Source of the DNA: an uncultured Candidatus Poseidoniales archaeon
GTDB taxonomy: Archaea; Thermoplasmatota; Poseidoniia; Poseidoniales; Thalassarchaeaceae
Direction: 5' to 3'
NCBI GenBank assembly: GCA_964645485.1
Contig: CAZXZO010000010.1
Coordinates: 1 to 57,226 of the forward strand
DNA length: 57,226 bases
A program made the position numbers and the translations under genes. Shown in pieces: positions 49,616-57,226 of this stretch. Each line of letters starts with the position of its first letter. Position 1 is the stretch's first letter. The notes beneath the pieces are model-generated. The model saw only the letters and a program-made list of their open reading frames with translations, was not told the origin of the DNA and ran no database searches.

Positions 49616-50353
49616 GTGACTTATCAGCGGACTGGATTAGATGCGGCGGCTAATGCATTGCAAGAAATGGCTAATGGGGGCGAAGTTGTCAACCTAATTT
49701 TGGCTCGCCGCGATTCAGATTCAGAAGATTTGGAGGCTCTATGTGACCAGGCTTCATCACTTGGGATTGAGGTGATCGAAGTATCGGATAATGACATTTC
49801 AAGAATGGCAGTAGGTGTCGTTGTTGGGACAGATATTCCTGAGGCTCTTGCACTGGTGGGGCGCAACCCGAACGGGTCACTTGAGGAAGTGCTTGAGCGT
49901 GGCGGATTAGTCTGGTTATTGCATGGAATAACTTACACAGGTAACGCAGGTTTTTCAATTAGGACTGCTGAAATCAGCGGCGCAGACGCAGTGATTATTG
50001 ACGCTGATTTCGTTCATGATGAAAGGCGGAACGCCGAGCGCCAATCGGTGCGCGCACACCGATTTATTCCAACAATTTGGGAAAAATCTGAAACCGCTAT
50101 CAAGCAGGCAAAGGATGCCGGTTTCAGAGTTCTAGCAATCGAAGATGTTGGCGATGTTGAGCCATGGGATTGCGACTTAACCGGCAATGTCCTTTGTATT
50201 GTAGGCAGTGAAAGGCATGGTATTCCTGACTGGATTTTGGCAGAATCTGATGCAGTCGTCCGACTTCCAATGATTGGCTTTGTGCCGTCATATAATCTTC
50301 AAGTTGCGGTTTCAGTAGTTGCATTAGAAGCACTCCGGCAACGCCGAGTCTGA
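49616..50353 (+). CDS. SpoU/TrmH (SPOUT) RNA methyltransferase
   Basis: GNAGFSIRTAEISG, IVGSERHGI, LPMIGFVPSYNLQVA. Confidence 0.9.
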   Translation: MTYQRTGLDAAANALQEMANGGEVVNLILARRDSDSEDLEALCDQASSLGIEVIEVSDNDISRMAVGVVVGTDIPEALALVGRNPNGSLEEVLERGGLVWLLHGITYTGNAGFSIRTAEISGADAVIIDADFVHDERRNAERQSVRAHRFIPTIWEKSETAIKQAKDAGFRVLAIEDVGDVEPWDCDLTGNVLCIVGSERHGIPDWILAESDAVVRLPMIGFVPSYNLQVAVSVVALEALRQRRV

Positions 50354-50409
50354 CTTCTACGCAGATAACAACACACAGTGCTATGAGGATGTCCTTATTG
50401 GCAACTCAC

Positions 50410-50835
50410 ATGAGCGAGTCACCGCTATCGGAAAAACCAGAAGAATCCGGAGTCTGCAAGTCTTTGGGCATCACCTATGGCAAGTTTGGAGCCGGAAAGG
50501 CAGAGATTCATTGTACGGTTGGGTCTAAACACACAAACAAGGGGGGTGTGGCTCACGGGGCGCTTTTCACTACCATTCTTGACACGGCTCTAGGTGGGGC
50601 ACTGGTCTCCACTTTACGCAAGGAGGAATGGTGCGCGACGGCACAACTCTCGGTGTCGTTTCTCGAGGCAGGGCAAGTCGGGACTAACCTCACAGGCAAG
50701 GGTAGGGTCATTCGTCGGGGGAAGGGCATAGCACATTTAGCTGGCGAAGTGGTTGATGAAGCCGGCGTTGTTTATGCAACTGCGACTGGGACTTGGGCGA
50801 TTTTTGCTGATAAGCCGGCGAAATTTTCAGAATAA
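50410..50835 (+). CDS. PaaI family thioesterase
   Basis: HTNKGGVAHGALFTTILDTALG hotdog-fold motif. Confidence 0.92.
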   Translation: MSESPLSEKPEESGVCKSLGITYGKFGAGKAEIHCTVGSKHTNKGGVAHGALFTTILDTALGGALVSTLRKEEWCATAQLSVSFLEAGQVGTNLTGKGRVIRRGKGIAHLAGEVVDEAGVVYATATGTWAIFADKPAKFSE

Positions 50836-50907
50836 TATTCTATTTGTCAGGATTAATTTTGCTTTTTTTTAGAAAGTCTGAATAAGTATGGAATTCTACA
50901 TTGAGGC

Positions 50908-51213
50908 ATGGCAGCGGCAGAACGTGGCTCGTTCATGTGGGGTATTGTATCAATAACCCAAATTTTCTTGGCAATCAAATTGATGGATGATTTAGATGCC
51001 TGGTTAACTACTTTGATTGGCGCCTCTGGTGCTGCTTGTGTCATGATTGCAATTGTTGTGTTCAGAGAAGAGCAACGAAATTTACTACTAACCCCTATGA
51101 AGAAATTACAGAAAGAGGTACATCAAGAACAAATGGCCAAACAAGGAAAGGGTACTTGGATTGGAATCGCTATATGGGTCGTAGCAATGATTTTTGGTGC
51201 CATCACTCTGTGA
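50908..51213 (+). CDS. Small 3-TM hypothetical protein
   Basis: 101-aa ORF in a same-strand run, with hydrophobic segments. Confidence 0.65.
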   Translation: MAAAERGSFMWGIVSITQIFLAIKLMDDLDAWLTTLIGASGAACVMIAIVVFREEQRNLLLTPMKKLQKEVHQEQMAKQGKGTWIGIAIWVVAMIFGAITL

Positions 51214-51222
51214 GTTGAATAT

Positions 51223-51432
51223 ATGTTCGACGATGGTTCTGATGAATTGTTAGGAGGCCTTTGGCCTTTCATGAAACGGGTACTAATTTTGTTCATGCCT
51301 GTTTGGATTTTCTTGATTTGTTGGAGTATGGACATAAATTTGTTTATTTCAGCAATTATTGCAGGGGCATCATTGTCAATTATTCAGGTTTTTGAGAAAA
51401 TGAAGTTGAAACGACATTTAGAATCAAAATAA
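51223..51432 (+). CDS. Small 2-TM hypothetical protein
   Basis: 69-aa ORF, 9 bp after the previous gene. Confidence 0.55.
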   Translation: MFDDGSDELLGGLWPFMKRVLILFMPVWIFLICWSMDINLFISAIIAGASLSIIQVFEKMKLKRHLESK

Positions 51433-51472
51433 GTCGGAGAAAGTGTCATTAAGTGAGGCACTGAGGGTGTGA

Positions 51473-52105
51473 ATGGGTGGTCTCATCGGTATTGTTGATT
51501 GGGTGATGGAAATTGTTGGTGTATCTACACCATCGACTCTTGAATTGATTTTTTTGATGAGTGCATTTCTAGGGACTGCGTTTTTCCTAGTTCTGATGGT
51601 TTTGATGTTGCTGGGTGATATCGTAGGCGGCGTGTTTGATTCCGTTCTAGATACAGATTTCAGTATGGATTCTGACCTTTCCTTTGAATTATTCAGTATC
51701 CAAGGTTTAGCGGCAGCGATTATGATGTTTGGATACGTTGGTATGTTTACAATCAAAGCCACAGATACCGAAGTCTATGCAGTCATTGCAGGTGGCTTGG
51801 CCGCTATGATTTCCATGTATGGTGTTGGTTTGATGCTCAAAGGGATTTCAGATCTTCAAGTAGATGGGACGATGAAGTATGAAGATGCAATCGGCCAACG
51901 CGGTGAAGTTTATTCGCGAATTAAACCTGATGAAACAGGACAAGTATCTGTCGCTGTAGATGGGACATTGCGCACACTAAAGGGGCGCAGCAAAGACAAA
52001 ACCCAATTATTAGATAGTGGCGATTTTATCCGAGTAGTAGATGTAATAGGTTCAACATTGATTGTTGAATCATTAGATATTAATGAAGTAACAGAAGAGG
52101 AGTAG
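51473..52105 (+). CDS. NfeD-like (YuaF/YqiJ-type) membrane protein with a C-terminal OB fold
   Basis: TM helices, then IGQRGEVYSRI...GQVSVAVDG; directly upstream of flotillin. Confidence 0.85.
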   Translation: MGGLIGIVDWVMEIVGVSTPSTLELIFLMSAFLGTAFFLVLMVLMLLGDIVGGVFDSVLDTDFSMDSDLSFELFSIQGLAAAIMMFGYVGMFTIKATDTEVYAVIAGGLAAMISMYGVGLMLKGISDLQVDGTMKYEDAIGQRGEVYSRIKPDETGQVSVAVDGTLRTLKGRSKDKTQLLDSGDFIRVVDVIGSTLIVESLDINEVTEEE

Positions 52106-52113
52106 TGGAAAAT

Positions 52114-53523
52114 ATGACAGATCATACAGGTGCAGGCGCTTGGGGCGTAATGATAATATTTGGAATTTTAATTTTGATGGCATTCATGTTCATCATGTTG
52201 GTGACACGATACAAGCGTTGTGCATCTGACGAAATCCTCGTTGTGTTTGGTCGCGTGAAGGGATCAAGGGCCTCTAGATGTATTCATGGGGGTGCTACAT
52301 TTGTTGTACCGCTGTTTCAGGATTACAAGAAACTCAGTCTAGTTCCGATGACTATTCAGATTAATTTGACCAACGCACTATCACTACAGAATATTCGTAT
52401 TCACGTTCCTTCAACCTTTACTGTTGGTATTAGTACAGACCCGGTCCTCATGAACAACGCTGCAGAGCGCTTGCTTCACTTGAACAAGGCACAAATCGAA
52501 GAAATGGCTTCTGAGATTATTTTTGGTCAACTTCGATTGACGGTTGCATCACTCACTATTGAGCAGATTAACCAAGACCGCGACAACTTCCTTGAGTCCA
52601 TCCGCACAAACGTTGGCCATGAATTGCACAAGTTGGGTTTGGAACTAATTAACGTGAACATCACCGATATTACTGATGACTCAGAGTACATTGACAGCAT
52701 TGGTATGAAGGCTGCAGCTACTGCAGTAAACGCTGCAAAGGCAGATGTTGCCATCGCAGACCGTGATGGTGCAATTGGTTCCGCAGAAGCAAACCGTGCT
52801 CGTGACATCCAGGTTGCTGAGAACGCTGCAGAAGCCGAGAAGGGAATGAAGGCTGCTAGAGCAGACCAGCGTATTTTCGTTCAAGGCCAAGAAGCACTGG
52901 CTATTGAGGGTGAGAACACCTCAAAGGCTAACATTGCAGAATACAATGCTGGTTTAGCAGAGAAAGAAGCAGAAGCAATGCGTCGTGCAGAAGTTGCTCG
53001 AAGAACTGCTGAAATGGAAGTTCAGAAAGCGCAGTATAATCTTGAGCAAGAGCGTCTGAAAGCAGAAGAAATCGTTCGTGAAGAGATTGCTAAGACCCAG
53101 ATTGAAATCGCTGCAGAGGCTGAGGCAGAGCGCCAACGCCGTATTGCACGGGGTGAAGCAGATGCAATTCTTGCTAGATATACCGCAGAAGCAGAAGGTG
53201 TGCAGAAGGTTTTGGAAGCAAAAGCAACTGGTTACAAGAGTTTAGTCGCTGGCGCAGGTGGAGACCCGAAGGCTGCAGCAACACTACTCATGGTTGAGAA
53301 GATTGAGTCCATGGTTGATGCACAGGTCGAAGCAATCAAGAATCTAAAGATTGACAACATCACAGTTTGGGATTCAGGCGGCGATGGAGATGGGAGTTCA
53401 ACATCTAACTTCATCAGCAGTCTTGTGAAGAGCCTACCACCTATCCACGATGTGGCTGCCAATGCAGGAGTTGATCTTCCTGAGTATCTAGGTACTGTTT
53501 CAGAGAAAGAAGATTCTGAATAA
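52114..53523 (+). CDS. Flotillin / SPFH domain protein
   Basis: RYKRCASDEILVVFG, GGATFVVP, LTIEQINQDR, INVNITDI, and AEAEAE coil repeats. Confidence 0.95.
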   Translation: MTDHTGAGAWGVMIIFGILILMAFMFIMLVTRYKRCASDEILVVFGRVKGSRASRCIHGGATFVVPLFQDYKKLSLVPMTIQINLTNALSLQNIRIHVPSTFTVGISTDPVLMNNAAERLLHLNKAQIEEMASEIIFGQLRLTVASLTIEQINQDRDNFLESIRTNVGHELHKLGLELINVNITDITDDSEYIDSIGMKAAATAVNAAKADVAIADRDGAIGSAEANRARDIQVAENAAEAEKGMKAARADQRIFVQGQEALAIEGENTSKANIAEYNAGLAEKEAEAMRRAEVARRTAEMEVQKAQYNLEQERLKAEEIVREEIAKTQIEIAAEAEAERQRRIARGEADAILARYTAEAEGVQKVLEAKATGYKSLVAGAGGDPKAAATLLMVEKIESMVDAQVEAIKNLKIDNITVWDSGGDGDGSSTSNFISSLVKSLPPIHDVAANAGVDLPEYLGTVSEKEDSE

Positions 53524-53750
53524 TTTTCAGATGATGAAGATGCCCAGGTAATCGAACTGGACTAAGCGAATAAAATCAGTTAGGAACCCGGTCGCTGGAA
53601 GTTTGATGCAAAGAGCGAGCATTACTAACAGCAATTATCAGTTTAGATGCTCGTGCCACCGGTGTAAATCATTGATTTGCTAACATTTCCTGTGTTAGTG
53701 CTGGCACTCATTCACCAAACGATTGAAGTTGGGTTGGCATTCGCCCCACC

Positions 53751-55199
53751 ATGCGTGCACGTGTGTTTGCGATGTTAGTCATCCTCACGATGATTGCGCC
53801 AACTCTTTCTGGCTGTTTTGGAAAAGATGAACCTCTCGAGGAGAAAGAAGAATCTGTTTTTGATTTTGACCAACCAATTGCAAACAATACATTCTATCAT
53901 TTTGCAAACTGGACTAATGCTTTGGACATGTCTGCAGACCAACTAAACTTGTCAACCAACATGACTCCATTTTGGTCTCTAGGGACCTATTACGGGACTG
54001 GTTTTGACACCTTTGAGCCAACTATTGGAATTACTTCATCTGGTACAATTGTATTCACTAATCACAACGGTTTAGGGATGGGCACACACATTATTCGTAG
54101 TCAAGACCAAGGCCAAAATTGGGAAGATGTCGGGCCATTTTTGACAGGCGCTACAGGTCAAGTTGCGAACTCTAACGACCCGTATGTGTACGTTGACCCG
54201 TGGACTGACCGCATCATGAAATTCGATATGCATGCTTTAGCAGTGATGTTTGTTGAATGGTCTGATAATGAAGGAGAAAGTTGGAGTTTACCTTTCCCCG
54301 CTACTGGAGTTTACACACCTCAAGACCACCAATCAATTGCTTCAGTTCCTCCCGGTCCTGATTTTTCGGGGCCACTTTTGCATGAAACAATCTACGTTTT
54401 CTGCATTAATACAGGTGCACAAGGTCCAATTGGGGCTTTTTGTGATACTTCACTAGACGGTGGGATGACTTGGGAAGGCCAAGTGCCTGGTTGGCCAAAT
54501 GGTGTGACACAATGCGCTGGCTTGCACGGCCATTTGGTTGGTGCGGATGATGGCGCTATCTACCGTGGAAATCCATCTTGTGATGGACCTGCTGCTTACC
54601 GCTCTACTGACGGTGGCCGCACTTGGAGTGAACATACCATTGACACACAACATCAATCACGTGGGCATGAAATAGCGCTTGGGACTGATGAAGCAAGCAA
54701 TGTTCACGCACTATGGGTGGCGACAGATGATTTGCCTTACTATTCATTTTCATCTGACAGGGGTGAGACTTGGAGCACTCCTTTGATGGTCGCACCACCG
54801 GGTGTGAACTATACTGGATTTCCAACAATTGCAGGTGGTGCAGATGGGCGAGTTGTGTTTGGCTACATAGGTGAGTCAAATCACTCAGAATGGTCTGGTT
54901 ATATGGGAATAATTACAGATGCTTATTCTGAGAACCCTCTAATTACAACAGTTGCAGTAAATGAGAAATGGGATTATCTCGATGAAACCGAGGATTGCGG
55001 TTCAGTTCGTTGTGGTGGATTTGGGGATTTCATTGATGTTGTAATTGATTCAGAGGGCAGGCCTTGGATTGCATTGGCTCATAATATCTACAACGACGAA
55101 GCAATAATTGGAACTTTAACAGCAGGCCCCGCTCTCCGCGGGCCATTACAACCTTTGACTGAATTGCCATTAGGTGGGCCTGAAACTCTCAAGATGTAG
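53751..55199 (+). CDS. BNR/Asp-box repeat (sialidase-fold) lipoprotein
   Basis: LSGC lipobox. Five Asp-boxes: SQDQGQNW, SDNEGESW, SLDGGMTW, STDGGRTW, SSDRGETW. Confidence 0.88.
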   Translation: MRARVFAMLVILTMIAPTLSGCFGKDEPLEEKEESVFDFDQPIANNTFYHFANWTNALDMSADQLNLSTNMTPFWSLGTYYGTGFDTFEPTIGITSSGTIVFTNHNGLGMGTHIIRSQDQGQNWEDVGPFLTGATGQVANSNDPYVYVDPWTDRIMKFDMHALAVMFVEWSDNEGESWSLPFPATGVYTPQDHQSIASVPPGPDFSGPLLHETIYVFCINTGAQGPIGAFCDTSLDGGMTWEGQVPGWPNGVTQCAGLHGHLVGADDGAIYRGNPSCDGPAAYRSTDGGRTWSEHTIDTQHQSRGHEIALGTDEASNVHALWVATDDLPYYSFSSDRGETWSTPLMVAPPGVNYTGFPTIAGGADGRVVFGYIGESNHSEWSGYMGIITDAYSENPLITTVAVNEKWDYLDETEDCGSVRCGGFGDFIDVVIDSEGRPWIALAHNIYNDEAIIGTLTAGPALRGPLQPLTELPLGGPETLKM

Positions 55200-55378
55200 T
55201 CAGGATGGACTACATTGTGTCTGTCTTGATTACAAAATTTACCACCAGTATCCGACTTAACTTTATTTTTTTATTCAATTTGATTATATGCTCTACTTAA
55301 TGCCGATAGTTCAGGTGGTATGAACCGTCCATTGGGTCCACGAAAAGAACATTGGTTCATTACGGAAAAGAATTGAAG

Positions 55379-56206
55379 ATGGAACTTGAAATAATAATTG
55401 CAATTTTGCTAATTTTGATGACTGCATTCCTTTTTGCTCCACTTGGATTGGGCGGAGGCGTACTATATGTGCCAATTTTCCTATTTTTGCTTGAGTGGGA
55501 TATTCACCTCGCTCTGGTTTCTTCACTAATACTCGTATGGATGGTGTCTCTGGGCAGTAGAACTGCTCATTCAGGTGGCGGATATACTGTGGCTAGTGTT
55601 GGTAAAAAGGGAACGAATGCGGCTTTGGTTGGTGCGGTTTTTGGTACAATTGTTGCGGCATTTTTCATCAATCTGCTCGGCGATATGTCAATTAAAATCG
55701 GCGCGACTTTTCTTTTAATTTGGGTTTTATATTCTACAATAAAGAAATTGACAGCAGAGTTGAATGGCAATGGGAATGGCGAATTTGAACCTCCTGAGGT
55801 TGAAGGTAAAATCTTGAACTTCTACCGGGCTGGTTGTTTTGGTGGAGGTGCGGCTTCTGGATTACTAGGGATTGGAGGTGGGGCAATCTTTGTCACTCTA
55901 CACCGTTCAGCGCTTAAGTATAAGCAACATCAAGCAGCAGGGACATCTTACATCATTGAGACATGGATGGTACCAATCGCCATTATATCTCATTTAGTAA
56001 TTGATGGCTCAGGCACTGCTTTGATCGAGACACTTGGATATTATCTAATCTTGATTTGTCTTTCAGTTGCTGGAACAGCATGGGTAGGCGCCAAAGTTGC
56101 AATCAAGATGCTTCCCCAAAGGGTGTTAACATACCCGTTTATTCTAGCAGTATCAGTCAGTCTAGTCAGGTACCTAAGAGATATCAAAGATATGATTCTA
56201 TTATAA
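55379..56206 (+). CDS. TauE/SafE (sulfite exporter) family permease
   Basis: Duplicated motifs APLGLGGGVLYVP and SGLLGIGGGAIFV, plus AAGTS. Confidence 0.9.
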   Translation: MELEIIIAILLILMTAFLFAPLGLGGGVLYVPIFLFLLEWDIHLALVSSLILVWMVSLGSRTAHSGGGYTVASVGKKGTNAALVGAVFGTIVAAFFINLLGDMSIKIGATFLLIWVLYSTIKKLTAELNGNGNGEFEPPEVEGKILNFYRAGCFGGGAASGLLGIGGGAIFVTLHRSALKYKQHQAAGTSYIIETWMVPIAIISHLVIDGSGTALIETLGYYLILICLSVAGTAWVGAKVAIKMLPQRVLTYPFILAVSVSLVRYLRDIKDMILL

Positions 56207-56308
56207 CAAAGTCAAAGGATCCATTCCTTTCTATAGGGATTTACCCCTCAAATATTATGCCAATCAATATCTCATTTGTTGTTCAAAAATTCAACTTTCA
56301 AAGTTTCC

Positions 56309-56599
56309 TCAATCGGCTTTGACCTGTTTTACTAATGAATCTAAATCGACATCTACGTCTTCTAATCCCCAATCTAAAGCGCTCCAACCACGCTCATGAA
56401 GATAGTACAGAGCCATCTTGGTCAAGACCTCAATGCTTGCAATTCCAAATCCAACAGTCCAACTACCGGTTATGATTCTTGCAATAATAATGGTATCCGT
56501 TGTGGCGATAAATCTCCATGTCAGCGTCTTCACTAGGCTCCGCTTTTTACCTGCGTGCCCTGTCCCTTCGATGTGCTCGGTGATTACGGGTTCTGTCAT
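56309..56599 (-). CDS. DUF2061 family small membrane protein
   Basis: RSLVKTLTWR...TDT...IEVLTKMALYYLHERGW. Confidence 0.88.
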   Translation of the reverse strand: MTEPVITEHIEGTGHAGKKRSLVKTLTWRFIATTDTIIIARIITGSWTVGFGIASIEVLTKMALYYLHERGWSALDWGLEDVDVDLDSLVKQVKAD

Positions 56600-56667
56600 G
56601 TTATCAAAATTCTATGCAGGTCCCTTGTTGTTAACTCCTCCTATAGACGAGGAAAAAGGAAAGATGG

Positions 56668-57180
56668 TCAAATTGACTCTATGAGAACTGCAATCCCTTG
56701 TCCACCACCGATACAGGCAGTTGCAATGCCGTAACGACCACCTCTTCGCTTTAGTTCAAGAGCAAGCGTGAGGACGAGGCGAGTTCCAGTAGCCGCAAGT
56801 GGATGGCCAAGTCCAACAGCCCCACCATTGACATTGACTTTGTTCACATCTATTCCGAGATCTTTCATACAGGCAACAGCTTGACCAGCAAAGGCCTCGT
56901 TTATTTCCCACAAATCAATATCATCAACAGTCATGCCTGCTTTTTCTAGGGCTTTGAGACTACTAGGGACTGGGCCATATGCCATGATTGCTGGCTCTAA
57001 ACCAACAATTCCCCATGATACGATGCGTGCGAGAGGTTGGTCTCCATCAGATTTAGCACGGCTGGCTGACTTGATGACTACAGCAGCCGCCCCGTCAACA
57101 ACACCGGATGCATTCCCAGCAGTAACGAGTGAATTTGGACCGAAGTGTGTTCTTAGTCCTGATAGTGTTTCAACATTGGT
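56668..57180 (-). CDS. Thiolase (acetyl-CoA acyltransferase), C-terminal half; frame interrupted upstream of 57180
   Basis: TNVETLSGL...VTAGNASGVVDGAAA...EINEAFA...NGGAVGLGHP...ACIGGGQG. In-frame TAA TGA lies immediately 5' of codon 57180. Confidence 0.85.
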   Translation of the reverse strand, partial: TNVETLSGLRTHFGPNSLVTAGNASGVVDGAAAVVIKSASRAKSDGDQPLARIVSWGIVGLEPAIMAYGPVPSSLKALEKAGMTVDDIDLWEINEAFAGQAVACMKDLGIDVNKVNVNGGAVGLGHPLAATGTRLVLTLALELKRRGGRYGIATACIGGGQGIAVLIESI

Positions 57181-57226
57181 TCATTACTGAAGAATGATTT
57201 TGGGAATTGAATATTAATCCTGAACC

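Noticed and set aside
53524-53750. Possible C/D box sRNA (ATGATGA at about 53531) or 35-aa hydrophobic minus-strand ORF
   Set aside because: No correctly spaced CTGA D/D' boxes. The small ORF has only a TTG start directly after a stop, with no SD.

Overview
Archaeal genomic DNA from Marine Group II Euryarchaeota (Ca. Poseidoniales). The 16S gene contains CTAGGTGTAAACGCTGTG, the target of the MGII probe Eury806. Left to right, the window holds: (i) surface and peptidase genes, an aminotransferase and the thermosome; (ii) an unusual redox gene pair, in which a ferredoxin-flavodoxin-SdhB-like fusion has lost almost all SdhB Fe-S cysteines and is followed by a half-degenerate HdrB/SdhE CCG protein; (iii) the Hef helicase-nuclease; (iv) the complete rpl3-secY ribosomal superoperon, with an SAP-domain L32e and a SecY carrying about 4 extra N-terminal TM helices; (v) a stand-alone 16S rRNA gene whose last 132 nt plus terminator recur as a perfect 193-bp direct repeat 3.8 kb downstream, bracketing AT-rich orphan genes and a decayed aldehyde dehydrogenase fragment with no integrase; (vi) two short tandem arrays; (vii) PGF-tailed surface proteins with LDL-receptor-A-like motifs, MscS, NAD kinase, a second orphan islet, a flotillin cluster, a BNR/sialidase-like lipoprotein and TauE; (viii) a thiolase whose frame breaks 46 bp before the right edge. 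No tRNA, 23S/5S rRNA, CRISPR array, integrase or transposase was recognised. All product calls come from motif recognition by eye, with no database searches.
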